Shown here: one piece after another, positions 17,896-27,368 of the stretch
Layout of the letters: every line of letters starts with the position of its first letter
Position numbering within the stretch: the stretch's first letter is position 1
DNA from: Myxococcota bacterium
Lineage (GTDB): Bacteria > Myxococcota_A > UBA9160 > UBA4427
Direction of reading: 5' to 3'
NCBI GenBank assembly: GCA_965250285.1
Contig: OZ252299.1
Span: 4,032,001 to 4,096,000, forward strand
DNA length: 64,000 nucleotides
Translations under genes and position numbers: made by a program
The notes under the pieces: generated by a model
Database searches by the model: none
The model's input: the letters and a program-made list of their open reading frames with translations, nothing else
What the model was told of the DNA's origin: nothing

Positions 17896-19593
17896 ATGAA
17901 GCGCATCGAAGTGCCGTTTCTCGTCGTCGGCGGCGGACCCGTCGGCATGCTGGCTGCGATCCACCTCGCTCGCGACGGACGCGACGTCCTCGTGATCGAG
18001 CGGCGAGGCGGCCCGCAGAAGGCACCGGCTGCCCACGTGATCAACGCGCGCACGCTCGAGATCGCGCGCCAGGCCGGGCTCGACATGCAGGCGATCGACG
18101 CCATCGCCACCGACCCGGCCGATGGCAGTCGGGTCTTCTTTCTCACGCGCCTCAACGGCGAGGTCTTCGGCGAGCTGCCCTTCGAGCAGCAGGGCGAAGA
18201 CTGCCTTCGACACACGCCGACGCCGCTGCGCAACATCTCGCAGCATCACCTCGAACCGATCCTGGTCGACGCACTCGAAGCGAGCGACCGCGCCACGCTG
18301 CGCTACGGCTGCCAGTGGGAAGACGCCGTGCAGGACGACGAAGGCGTGACGTCGACCGTGCGGGACGTCGCGACCGGTGAGACGTTCGAGATTCGCAGCC
18401 GCTGGGTGCTCGCGGCCGACGGCGCAGGCAGCCGGGTGCGCAAGTGGACGGGCATCGAGATGGAAGGCCCGCCCAGCCTGCAGACGTTCATGATGATTCA
18501 CTTCGAGGCGAACCTGCGCGAGGTCGTGAAGGATCACCCGGGCGTGCTCTACTGGGTGCTCGATCCCGAGTGCGCTGCGACCCTCGTCGCCCACGACATC
18601 GAGCGCGAGTGGGTCTGTATGGTCGGGTTCGATCCCGAGAAGGAGAGCGAAGCCGACTTCGACGAGGCGCGCTGCGAGGCGCTGGTGCAGAAGTCGATCG
18701 GCGAGGCCGTACCGCTCGAGATCCTCCACCGGGGCGCGTGGAACATGAGCTGCCAGGTGGCCCAGCGCATGCGGGATGGCCGCGTCTTTCTCGTCGGCGA
18801 CGCCGCCCACCGGTTCCCGCCCACGGGCGGGCTCGGTCTCAACTCGGGTGCACAAGAGGCCCAGGGCCTCACATGGAAGCTCGGCGCCGTCGAAGATGGC
18901 TGGGCCGATGCGGCCCTGCTCGATACGTACGAGATCGAGCGGCGCCCGGTCGCCCAGCACAACGCAGAGCAGAGCCTGAAGAACGCCTCGAAGCTCTTCA
19001 TGATCCACCAGGCGCTCGGCGTCGATGTCGAGCCGACCACCGCGAAGATGCAGGCGACCCTCGCCGACGCGGACGGGCGGCGCCGCGTCGAGGAGGCCAC
19101 CGCAGCCCAGGCCGAGCACTTCGACATGCTCGGTCTGCAGATCGGCTTCGCCTACGAGGCGGGGGCGCTCGTGCCCGATGGCAGCGAAGCGCCCGAGGTC
19201 GAAAACCCGGTGCGCGAGTACGTCGCGTCGAGTCGTCCGGGCGCGCGGCTGCCGCACGCGTGGATCGAGCACGGCGGCGAGACCGCCTCGACGCTCGACC
19301 TGGTGGCCTCGGGCGGCCTCACCCTGCTCAGCCAGGGCGAGCACGAGGCATGGTCGAGCGCGCTGAAGCAGGTCGACGGCGTGCCCGTGCGCCACGTGCG
19401 ATGCGGGGTCGACTTCGACGACCCGAGCGGCCACTGGTCGAGCGTATGCGGCCTCGAATCGAACGGAGCGCTGCTGGTGCGCCCCGACCAGCACGTCGGC
19501 TGGCGCGCAACCCGTCTGACGGCCGATGCGCCCCAGGCCCTCGAGCGGGCGATCGACGCCGTGCGTGGCGTCGCATCCCCCGGGTCGGAGTGA
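17896..19593 (+). CDS. FAD-dependent aromatic hydroxylase (PheA/TfdB-like)
   Basis: VVGGGPVG, AADGAGSRVR, GDAAHRFPPTGGLGLNSG, C-terminal PGARLPHAW and LVRPDQHVGWR. Confidence 0.92.
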   Translation: MKRIEVPFLVVGGGPVGMLAAIHLARDGRDVLVIERRGGPQKAPAAHVINARTLEIARQAGLDMQAIDAIATDPADGSRVFFLTRLNGEVFGELPFEQQGEDCLRHTPTPLRNISQHHLEPILVDALEASDRATLRYGCQWEDAVQDDEGVTSTVRDVATGETFEIRSRWVLAADGAGSRVRKWTGIEMEGPPSLQTFMMIHFEANLREVVKDHPGVLYWVLDPECAATLVAHDIEREWVCMVGFDPEKESEADFDEARCEALVQKSIGEAVPLEILHRGAWNMSCQVAQRMRDGRVFLVGDAAHRFPPTGGLGLNSGAQEAQGLTWKLGAVEDGWADAALLDTYEIERRPVAQHNAEQSLKNASKLFMIHQALGVDVEPTTAKMQATLADADGRRRVEEATAAQAEHFDMLGLQIGFAYEAGALVPDGSEAPEVENPVREYVASSRPGARLPHAWIEHGGETASTLDLVASGGLTLLSQGEHEAWSSALKQVDGVPVRHVRCGVDFDDPSGHWSSVCGLESNGALLVRPDQHVGWRATRLTADAPQALERAIDAVRGVASPGSE

Positions 19594-19598
19594 ACCCG

Positions 19599-20663
19599 AT
19601 GCGAAGCTTCGTACTCGCCCTGGTCGGGGTCGTCGTCGTGGCGGGCGTTGCGCTCGTCGTCGCAACCGATCGACTCGCGCAGCCGAAGTTCGACGACCGG
19701 CTCGAGCACGATCCGATCGCCGAGATCGAGATCGCTCCGCTCGGCGAGGCGCTCACGTTCGCGCGACGCATCGCACCCGAGCCTGCGGTGCTCATCGTGA
19801 CCGAGGCCGGGCCCGACGGCCTGCGCGCCGTCGATCTCGGGGCCGCGCTCGACCGCGAGTTCGACGACGCCATCGAGGCCATCGGCACCGTCGGAACCGA
19901 AGCGATCGCGCGCGTGGCTCGCGAGGGCGAGGCGATCACGGTCGAGTACGCGAGCCTGGGCCTGCCCTTCGAAGCGGGCGCCCGGCACGTCGCGGCGGGC
20001 ACCAACTACCGCGCGCACGCCGAAGAAGTCGGCGTCGACGACGGCCCCTTCCTGTTCCCGAAGCTCACGGCGCCCACGTCGTGGAATGCGGACGTCCCCG
20101 ACCGAGACCGCCTCGATCACGAGATCGAGATCTGCACGGTCACGCTCGAGCGGGGCGATGACGCGTCGCCCGCGCCGGTCGGGTTCTCTCTGTGCAACGA
20201 CTTCACCGATCGCTGGACACTGCTTCGACAGATCGACTTCGACCAGCCGATGGGCGTGACGGGGTTTCCCGACGCCAAGGGCGGCCCGGGCATGCTGCCG
20301 ATCGGTCCGCTCCTCGTCGTGCCGCACGACCAAGAACGCTTCCACGACGACCTCGAGCTGTCGCTCTACGTGAACGGCGCGCTCCGGCAACAGGCCCGGG
20401 GCGGCTGGATGGTCTGGTCTCCCGACGAGATCACGAGGCAGGCCAACGCGCACTGCGACGTCGACTATCAGGCCGAGGTGGGTGCGGTGCGCCTTCCGAC
20501 GTGTGACGGAATGCCCGCGCGCACGATCGTCCTCACCGGCACGCCGGCCGGCGTGATGTTTCACCCGGCGACGGTGTGGAGCAAGGCCGCCTATCTGCAG
20601 CCGGGCGACGAGGTGATCGCCGTGGCCACGCATCTCGGCGTGCTGCGCAACGTCGTACGCTGA
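19599..20663 (+). CDS. Fumarylacetoacetate hydrolase family protein with N-terminal signal/anchor
   Basis: GTNYRAHAEE, PFLFPK, LDHEIE, NDFTDR, LTGTPAGV; hydrophobic N-terminus. Confidence 0.85.
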   Translation: MRSFVLALVGVVVVAGVALVVATDRLAQPKFDDRLEHDPIAEIEIAPLGEALTFARRIAPEPAVLIVTEAGPDGLRAVDLGAALDREFDDAIEAIGTVGTEAIARVAREGEAITVEYASLGLPFEAGARHVAAGTNYRAHAEEVGVDDGPFLFPKLTAPTSWNADVPDRDRLDHEIEICTVTLERGDDASPAPVGFSLCNDFTDRWTLLRQIDFDQPMGVTGFPDAKGGPGMLPIGPLLVVPHDQERFHDDLELSLYVNGALRQQARGGWMVWSPDEITRQANAHCDVDYQAEVGAVRLPTCDGMPARTIVLTGTPAGVMFHPATVWSKAAYLQPGDEVIAVATHLGVLRNVVR

Positions 20664-20712
20664 CCGGACCCCGCACGAAAGTCCCGCACGCAGCCGTGCG
20701 GCGCCGCACCGC

Positions 20713-21183
20713 CTAGTGCACGTGCCCGAACCGGCCGTGCATCGAGCCACCGAGCAACGAGCGAAAGGCTTCGCCGCTCACGTGGACGAGCCCTTCGTGG
20801 TCGCCCGCCTCGAAGTACACGTCGGGCAGCCGGAGCAGGCTGTCATCGACCGCGAGCGGGATCGCGTGGGTCGCACCGACCGGCGGCACCGCGCCGCGCT
20901 CGCAATCCTGATAGATGTCTTCGAGCTCGGCCTCGCTCGCCAGCTCGAAGTGACGGCCGAGCGCGGCGTCGAGCGCATCGATCGACAGCCGGCACGAGGC
21001 GGGCAGGATCGCGAGCACGTAGCCCCGCTCGTCCTCCAAGAGCACGCACTTGGCCACGCGGCCGCTCGGCACGTGCGCCGCCTGGGCGCTCGCCCGGCTG
21101 GTCCACGTATGGCTGTGGTGGATGATCTCGTAGTCGACGTCGTGCGAGTCGAGCACCCACTTGAGGCGTCGGGCGATGGTCAT
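20713..21183 (-). CDS. YbaK/ProX-type aminoacyl-tRNA deacylase family protein
   Basis: VAKCVLLED, LASEAEL, DCERGAVPPVG, VYFEAGDH; SD GGAGG. Confidence 0.88.
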   Translation of the reverse strand: MTIARRLKWVLDSHDVDYEIIHHSHTWTSRASAQAAHVPSGRVAKCVLLEDERGYVLAILPASCRLSIDALDAALGRHFELASEAELEDIYQDCERGAVPPVGATHAIPLAVDDSLLRLPDVYFEAGDHEGLVHVSGEAFRSLLGGSMHGRFGHVH

Positions 21184-21412
21184 CGGGTGTCCTCCCTGTG
21201 GCCCGGTTCGATCGGCGGACCGAGACGGCTTGCAGGGCGGAGCGGTTGCGGATGACACCAGGCGCAGCGACGGCGGGGGCCACGGTCGACCGGGCTCTCG
21301 ACCCGATTCTGCACCGGGGCCGCCGCGTTGGAAAGGCGAATCGCCCGCGATTCGGCGCGGGGACCAGAGCGAGCACGCCCGCGGGCATCCTCTTCAGTAC
21401 CGACCGAGGGGC

Positions 21413-22171
21413 CTACTGATAGCGGGCGAGGGTCGCGTAGAGGCGTCGCCGGCCCGACGCCCGGTGTCGCACCTCGGTGTCGAGGTGTTCGATCACCTCT
21501 CGAAAGACAGCGTGCGCATCGGTCTCGACGAGCGTCCCGTGCGCCATCAGGATCCGCTCGAAGGGCCAGGCCGCGATCTCGTCGAGTCGAGCACGCGCCG
21601 CGTCGGGGTCGTCGGTGTAGAGCCTGAACTCGGGGGACGGCAACGCCCGCCCGAGCACCCCGCCGAGCCGGGCGAGCGTGCGCGCCACCTGCCCGGGCAC
21701 CGTCTCGGCCGCGATCGTCTCGACGAGATCGGCCACGATCAGCGTGCGCGATGCGCGGTGAAGGCAGACGACCTCAGAGAAGAAGCAGTTGCCTACGGTC
21801 GCTCGCTGATCGATCGCATCGGCCCAAGCCGGCTCGGGCGCATTGCCCAGAACGCCGGTGAACGACAGATCGGAGCGCCGCTCGGGCAGCCCCGGGGACG
21901 CCCATATCTCGGCCTTTGGATACCGCGCGCGAAAGCTCGAGAGGCCCTGGTTGTGGATCTTATTCGGTGAGAGCACCCAGGTCACGTCCCCCAGCGCGTC
22001 GAGCGCGCGGGCAAGCGGCTCGCTCATCGGCAGCGGCGAATAGACCCAGAGCCTTCGACCGGCGAGTCGCGCCACGACCATCCGGGTCTGCAGTCGGGCG
22101 CCGTAGAAGCGCACCTCGTCTTCGACGTAGAAGAGATCCTCGTGGAGCGCCTTCCACCCCGGCTCCGTCAC
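21413..22171 (-). CDS. DUF4336 family protein (metallo-beta-lactamase-like)
   Basis: TRMVVARLAGRRLWVYSP, LSPNKIH, EVVCLHRASRTLIVADL, WPFERILMAHG; GTG start after GAGGAGG. Confidence 0.85.
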   Translation of the reverse strand: MTEPGWKALHEDLFYVEDEVRFYGARLQTRMVVARLAGRRLWVYSPLPMSEPLARALDALGDVTWVLSPNKIHNQGLSSFRARYPKAEIWASPGLPERRSDLSFTGVLGNAPEPAWADAIDQRATVGNCFFSEVVCLHRASRTLIVADLVETIAAETVPGQVARTLARLGGVLGRALPSPEFRLYTDDPDAARARLDEIAAWPFERILMAHGTLVETDAHAVFREVIEHLDTEVRHRASGRRRLYATLARYQ

Positions 22172-22191
22172 GACGCCTCCTCGAAGCTCGG

Positions 22192-24792
22192 TCAGCGACG
22201 CTCGTCGATCGCGCGCCGCAGCGTCGACACCAGGTCGCTCGAGCTGAACGGCTTCTGGATGAACGCGTCGGGCTGCTCGGCTCCGAGTTGGGCACTCGCC
22301 TCTTCGGCCGAGTAGCCGCTCGACAGGATGATCGGCACGACGGCGCCCGCCTCGCGAAGCGCTCGCAGTGTCTCGCGCCCACCCTGCTCGGGCATCGTCA
22401 TGTCGAGGATCACGGCAACGAAGTCGCCCTGCCGTTCGGCCCAACGCTCGAGCGCCTCGCGCCCATGCGCGGCCGGGACGACCGCGTAGCCGGCACGCTC
22501 GAGCGTGCGCGTCAGGACGCGGAGAACGGGCGGTTCGTCGTCGGCGATCAGCACGGTGCCCGTCCCGAGCACGGAGGCGTCGCCTTCGATTGCGCTCGCC
22601 AGCGCGCTCGGTCGAGCCAGTGCCTGGGGCGCCGGCGGGAGCACGAAGCGAATCGTCGTGCCCCGCCCCGGGGCCGAATCGACGTCGATCGCGCCCTGGT
22701 GGGCGCGCGCGATGCCGAGCACCGCCGAAAGCCCGAGGCCGCGGCCGGTGAACTTCGTCGTGAAGAACGGGTCGAAGATGCGCCCCGCGGTCTCGACATC
22801 CATCCCCGCGCCGGTGTCGGAGACCTCGAGGCAGACGTAGCGCCCCGGCTCGATGGTGTCGCCGAGCTGGTAGCGGCCGAGCACGTCGCGACCGATCTCG
22901 AGCTCGCGGGTCGCGACGCGGATCGTGCCGCCCTCCCCCTTCAGCGCGTCGGATGCGTTCGTGATCAGGTTCATGATGACCTGTCGAATCTGCGCCGAGT
23001 CGCCCTCGACGAGCGGGACGGGCTGCAGGTCGAGCTCGATGCTCGCCTTCTTCGAGATGACGGCGTGCAGCAGCTGTCTCGTTTCGTCGGCCAGGTGCGC
23101 GAGGTCGATCGGCGAGAGTACGAACCGGCTGCGGCCCGAGTAGGCGAGCATCTGATTGGTCAGCTCGGCCGCGCGACGCGAAGACTCGAGGATGTCCGAG
23201 ACGAGGCCGTGGAGCGACGAATCGGACGGCACGCTGGCGAGCGCCAGGTCGGCGTTGCCGAGGATCCCGACCAGCAGATTGTTGAAGTCGTGCGCGATGC
23301 CGCCGGCGAGGATGCCCAGGCTCTCCATCTTCTGTGCCTGCAGCATCTGGCGCTCGAGCTGATGTCGCTCGCGCTCGGCGACCCGCTCGGCGGTCACGTC
23401 GAAGAAGCTGAAGACGCGCCCGACGACGGCGTCGTCGAGGACGAGGGGCCGGGAGGCGCGCTCGATGACGCGGCCGTCGTGCAGCAGCATCTCGCGTCGA
23501 CTCGAATCGCTCGACGCCTCACCGAGCGACGTCAACTCGGCGCGGAACGCGTCTGCATCCGAAGTCTGTTCGAGCACGGGCTCGAGACCCTCGCCTTCGG
23601 TCGTCGACCAGAGGTCGAGGAACGCCCGGTTCGAGTAGATCGTCTCGCCCTTCGAGTCGACGACGAGCATGCCCTGCTCGGCCGAGCCGAGGATGGCTTC
23701 GAGCACCGTCGCCTGCTCGCGCACCTGCTCGCGCGCCTGGAACAGCGCCGATACGTCGCGCAGTCGCAGGCCCGTCCCGAGCCAACGGCCGCTGCGATCG
23801 GGGATCGGGATCACGTGCAACTCGACCCGTCGAGCGGGGTCGGCCGTGAGTCGATAGAGCGTGCCGCTCGCAGATCGTGCGCGACCGCCGATCTCGCGTT
23901 CGAGATCGCGCGCCGAGACACGATCGCCGCCGGGCTCGGCTCGCAGGTGCTGGGCCAGCAGCTCGAACACCTCGAGGTTCGGCGCGAGCACGCTCCCGTC
24001 AAAGAGCCGTTCGGCGGCCGGGTTCGAGTGGAGCAGCCGGTTCGCGCGATCCATGACCAGCATGCCGTCCTGCTCGTGCTCGATCAGGTGATGCATCGAG
24101 ATCGAGCTCAATGCGAACAGCCGGTCGCGATAGATCCCGGTGAAGAAGAGCGCCATAGAAACGCCCAGGCCGGCCGACGTGAGGTCGCCGACGCCGTCAC
24201 CGAGCAGCCCCGAGATCCACGAGAAGTTGAAGAGCACGGGCGTGATCGACGCGACCGTCATGATCGCGAGCTGCTCGCGCACGAGCCGGTCGGTCGACCG
24301 CGCGCGCAGCCACAGGAAGAGGCCACAGAGCGCAACGAGCAAGACATAGTTGACGACCGTCTGGGCGTACCAGATCGCGTGGAAGTCGTTGCGCGCATCG
24401 AGATGCGGGGTGATGAAGGCGCCGTGCCAGCCATGGGTCAGCATGGCGATCCAGAACGCACCCGACAGCGCCAGCGGCCCCCACTGCAGCACGGCCCACT
24501 TCGGCGGCAGCCGCACGCCGTGCATCTCGGCGAATCGCAGCCCGAAGAACCACCACGTCGCCGGGAGCCAGAGCAAGCCCGTGTAGTGCACGGCGAGCCA
24601 GCGCGAGTACGCGAGCTCGCTGTCGGCGACGTAGTTGGCCACCACGGCACCGAGCGTGAGCACGAAGCCGAGGGCGCCGACGAAGAAGAGGCTCGGCCAG
24701 AGCGGCGCCGGCGGTCGGCGGACGAGCACCATCGCCGCGAGCGCGGCGGTGAGGAGCACGGAGAGCCAGCTGACGAGCTCGGAGAGGATCAA
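22192..24792 (-). CDS. Hybrid sensor histidine kinase (7TM sensor, PAS domains, HisKA, HATPase, receiver)
   Basis: Multiple TM helices; GGIAHDFNNLL; QVIMNLITNASDA; FDPFFTTKFTGRGLGL; receiver ILDMTMP...KPF. Confidence 0.95.
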   Translation of the reverse strand: MILSELVSWLSVLLTAALAAMVLVRRPPAPLWPSLFFVGALGFVLTLGAVVANYVADSELAYSRWLAVHYTGLLWLPATWWFFGLRFAEMHGVRLPPKWAVLQWGPLALSGAFWIAMLTHGWHGAFITPHLDARNDFHAIWYAQTVVNYVLLVALCGLFLWLRARSTDRLVREQLAIMTVASITPVLFNFSWISGLLGDGVGDLTSAGLGVSMALFFTGIYRDRLFALSSISMHHLIEHEQDGMLVMDRANRLLHSNPAAERLFDGSVLAPNLEVFELLAQHLRAEPGGDRVSARDLEREIGGRARSASGTLYRLTADPARRVELHVIPIPDRSGRWLGTGLRLRDVSALFQAREQVREQATVLEAILGSAEQGMLVVDSKGETIYSNRAFLDLWSTTEGEGLEPVLEQTSDADAFRAELTSLGEASSDSSRREMLLHDGRVIERASRPLVLDDAVVGRVFSFFDVTAERVAERERHQLERQMLQAQKMESLGILAGGIAHDFNNLLVGILGNADLALASVPSDSSLHGLVSDILESSRRAAELTNQMLAYSGRSRFVLSPIDLAHLADETRQLLHAVISKKASIELDLQPVPLVEGDSAQIRQVIMNLITNASDALKGEGGTIRVATRELEIGRDVLGRYQLGDTIEPGRYVCLEVSDTGAGMDVETAGRIFDPFFTTKFTGRGLGLSAVLGIARAHQGAIDVDSAPGRGTTIRFVLPPAPQALARPSALASAIEGDASVLGTGTVLIADDEPPVLRVLTRTLERAGYAVVPAAHGREALERWAERQGDFVAVILDMTMPEQGGRETLRALREAGAVVPIILSSGYSAEEASAQLGAEQPDAFIQKPFSSSDLVSTLRRAIDERR

Positions 24793-25056
24793 GATCGCGC
24801 CATCGCTTCGGATCGAACCCGGGGGACCGGTGCTTCGAGGCGCGGGCCGCGTTGCGGGACGGCCGCCGCCCGCGTTCCGGGACCACCCCGGTCCGAGTGA
24901 TATAGCACCCGGCGGGTCTTCTCTGGGCCCTCGTCTGCCCGCAGCGGCCTGTGTGCGCCCTCACCCCGTCGCTGCGCGGCTCGGGTCGGCGCTCAATGAA
25001 GCGACCGCGACCGCCGATGGATAGGAGCAGGATCTCGTACGGATCGAGGAGTCGAC

Positions 25057-25485
25057 ATGCCCCGCTTCATCCACGCCGCGACGTTCTCGGTCGTCGCCAT
25101 CCTCGCCGCCTGCCTGTTCGGGCTCGTCGCCGCTTCGTCGGTGCTCGCCGACCCCGGGCCGGCGTCGATCGCGAAGCCGTCGGCGCTGACCCCGCCCGCT
25201 GCCGACGCACCCCAGCTCGAGCACGCCGAGTACTGGCGCGCCCGCGCGGCCGCCGAGTGGGCCAAGGTCGAGGATGCGCGCGCGCGTCTCGATCGCGCCA
25301 ACGGCGCCGTGAACCGCATGCGCCGCCGCAATCATCCGCGCGGCGACGCGCGCGCCGCGCTGCAACAAGAGCAGCGCGACGCCCAGGCCGATTGGGAAGC
25401 GGCGGTCGAGGCGGCCGAGGTCGACCTCGCGGCCGAAGCGGCCGCGGCCGGCGCCGATCCGCGCTGGATCCGCAAGCCTTCCTGA
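25057..25485 (+). CDS. Secreted helical hypothetical protein
   Basis: Signal peptide, SD GAGGAG, EYWRARA coiled coil, C-terminal AGADPRWIR. Confidence 0.7.
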   Translation: MPRFIHAATFSVVAILAACLFGLVAASSVLADPGPASIAKPSALTPPAADAPQLEHAEYWRARAAAEWAKVEDARARLDRANGAVNRMRRRNHPRGDARAALQQEQRDAQADWEAAVEAAEVDLAAEAAAAGADPRWIRKPS

Positions 25486-25530
25486 TCTCGAAGCAGGACC
25501 GACCGGCCCGGTTCCCGAGCTCGAAACGCG

Positions 25531-25566
25531 AAACGGCGGCGGGGCCCAGGGCCTCCGCCGCCGTTT
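25531..25566. terminator. Probable bidirectional intrinsic terminator
   Basis: AAACGGCGGCGG / CCGCCGCCGTTT stem between convergent genes. Confidence 0.7.
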
Positions 25567-25596
25567 GCATTCGTTTCGTCGTGTGCGACGCGCCGG

Positions 25597-26109
25597 CTAG
25601 AGGTCCTCGCCCTGGTTGTTCAGGCGCTCGATCTCGGCCAGCTCCTCTTCGGTGATCGGCAGATAGATCGTCGTCACCTTGTGCGGCGCCTTCTTGTCGC
25701 TGCCGGGCGGCTGGCGGAGCAGCACGACGACGGTCTCGCCCGAGTCGATGAGCTTCTGCAGCTCCTGCGGCACCCAGGTCTTGTCATCGATGTCGTTCAG
25801 CATCTTGCCGCTGAAGTTCGCGCGCACCTGCGTGATGCTCATTCGGCCACCGCTCACGTTGACCGGGAAGTCGCCCTGCGCGAGCACCCTCGACTTGCAC
25901 TTGGCGGGGATCTTCGACGCGGACGGGGCACCATCGGTCTTCGGGAAGAACTTGGACTGGCTGCCCTTCATCTTCTCGAGCGTGACCGACTTGTTCGCAT
26001 CGTCGTAGCCGGTGATCTTCGCGAAGGCGGAGCAGCTCTTGCCCGCGTGGGCACTGCCCGCCGCAAAGAGAACGCCTGCCGCGGCGAGAACCATGATGAG
26101 AGATCGCAT
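25597..26109 (-). CDS. Secreted hypothetical protein
   Basis: Signal peptide ending AHA, SD AGGAGG, host-like codon use, two Cys. Confidence 0.8.
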   Translation of the reverse strand: MRSLIMVLAAAGVLFAAGSAHAGKSCSAFAKITGYDDANKSVTLEKMKGSQSKFFPKTDGAPSASKIPAKCKSRVLAQGDFPVNVSGGRMSITQVRANFSGKMLNDIDDKTWVPQELQKLIDSGETVVVLLRQPPGSDKKAPHKVTTIYLPITEEELAEIERLNNQGEDL

Positions 26110-26377
26110 GTTTTCCTCCTGGATCGCGGGGCCTGGAATCTAGCCGGGGGTTGGGCGCCTGCACCCCAAAAAAGAGGGGCCCCGGCCCGAGCGGCCCGCC
26201 CCCCTGGCGGGTGCCCGAAAAACGACCGGATTCCGGGCACATGGCCCTCTCCGATCTCGTCTCTCGACCCCTGCCGCCGCGCGCCGGTTCGGCGACAGCG
26301 CGAATTCCGGCAGCATCGCCACGATTCGCGGCACCCGCGCGCGGGATGCCCCGCGCCGCTCCCTCACCGGGCGGCGG

Positions 26378-27244
26378 TCACGCTCGCAGCAGCCGCTTCG
26401 GATCTCGGCCGTCGACGAAGCCGATGAACGGGAACTGCATGCTGTAGCCGAGGAGCGATTGGATCGTGTCACTGCACTGCCGTGCGCGGTCACGCGAGAT
26501 CGCGAGGCTGTAGTTCTCCTGCTGCCGCGCCCACGGTTCACAGTACTGGGTGGTGGCGGCCAGGCGGGGGGCATCGGTGCGATTCGCACCCGCGCAGTGC
26601 CAGAGCGTGCCGACGAAGAACACGGCGGAGCCGGCGGGCATGACGGCGGGGACCATCTGGTCGACGTCGATGTCCGCCGACGCGACGTCGCCCCAGCGAT
26701 GACTGCCCGGATACACGAGCGTCGCGCCGTTGTCGGCGGTGAAGTCGTCGAGCGCCCAGATCAACGCCGCACCCACCGGAGGGCGGGGCCTCGGGATCGG
26801 ATAGAAGCCATCGTCGTGATGCAGCGGCTGCCGCACCTCGCCCGGCCCGACGTCGATGACCTGGAGCTGCGAGAGCAGATAGCTCGGCATCAAGATCTGG
26901 TCGAGCAGGGCGAGCACGAGCGGATGCTCGACGATCGGATTGCACGAGAGCGTCTTCTCGATCACCGAGTAGATGCGACGCGTCTTGAAGCCTTCGAATT
27001 CGTTGCGGCCGTCGAAGTCGAGAAAGGGGCGCGACTCGGTGCGAATGCGGTCGATCGCCTCGGCATCGATCAGGTCGCGGATGATGACGAAGCCGTGCTC
27101 GTCCACCTCGTCGAGCAACGACCGAACGCGATCGGCGTCGACGCCGTGCCGCTCGGCCGAAGCCGCCAGCGCCGCCTGCTGCTCGGCCACGATCTCGGGC
27201 CGGATCGACCCGTCCGCATTGATGTAGGCCCGTTTCCCGATCAT
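26378..27244 (-). CDS. Phytanoyl-CoA dioxygenase (PhyH) family 2OG-Fe(II) oxygenase
   Basis: QPLHHDD, WALDDFTADNGAT...PGSHRW, LWHCAGAN, RQQEN. Confidence 0.92.
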   Translation of the reverse strand: MIGKRAYINADGSIRPEIVAEQQAALAASAERHGVDADRVRSLLDEVDEHGFVIIRDLIDAEAIDRIRTESRPFLDFDGRNEFEGFKTRRIYSVIEKTLSCNPIVEHPLVLALLDQILMPSYLLSQLQVIDVGPGEVRQPLHHDDGFYPIPRPRPPVGAALIWALDDFTADNGATLVYPGSHRWGDVASADIDVDQMVPAVMPAGSAVFFVGTLWHCAGANRTDAPRLAATTQYCEPWARQQENYSLAISRDRARQCSDTIQSLLGYSMQFPFIGFVDGRDPKRLLRA

Positions 27245-27368
27245 GGCCCTTCGCCTTCTCGTTCGGGCACCGCTTCGCCCGGTCCCCACACCATCGCACC
27301 GCCGTCGCGCGGCGCCAGCGGCATTCGGCGAGGCTGCGCCACCCGGCGAAGCGCGCGGGGTGCTTTCC

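Noticed and set aside
16082..20663. Long versions of the SDR (600 aa) and FAH (739 aa) ORFs
   Set aside because: N-terminal extensions overlap real genes in other frames; true starts are 17105 and about 19599
21916..24900. 994-aa plus-strand ORF
   Set aside because: Antisense shadow of the hybrid kinase, typical of high-GC DNA; no motifs
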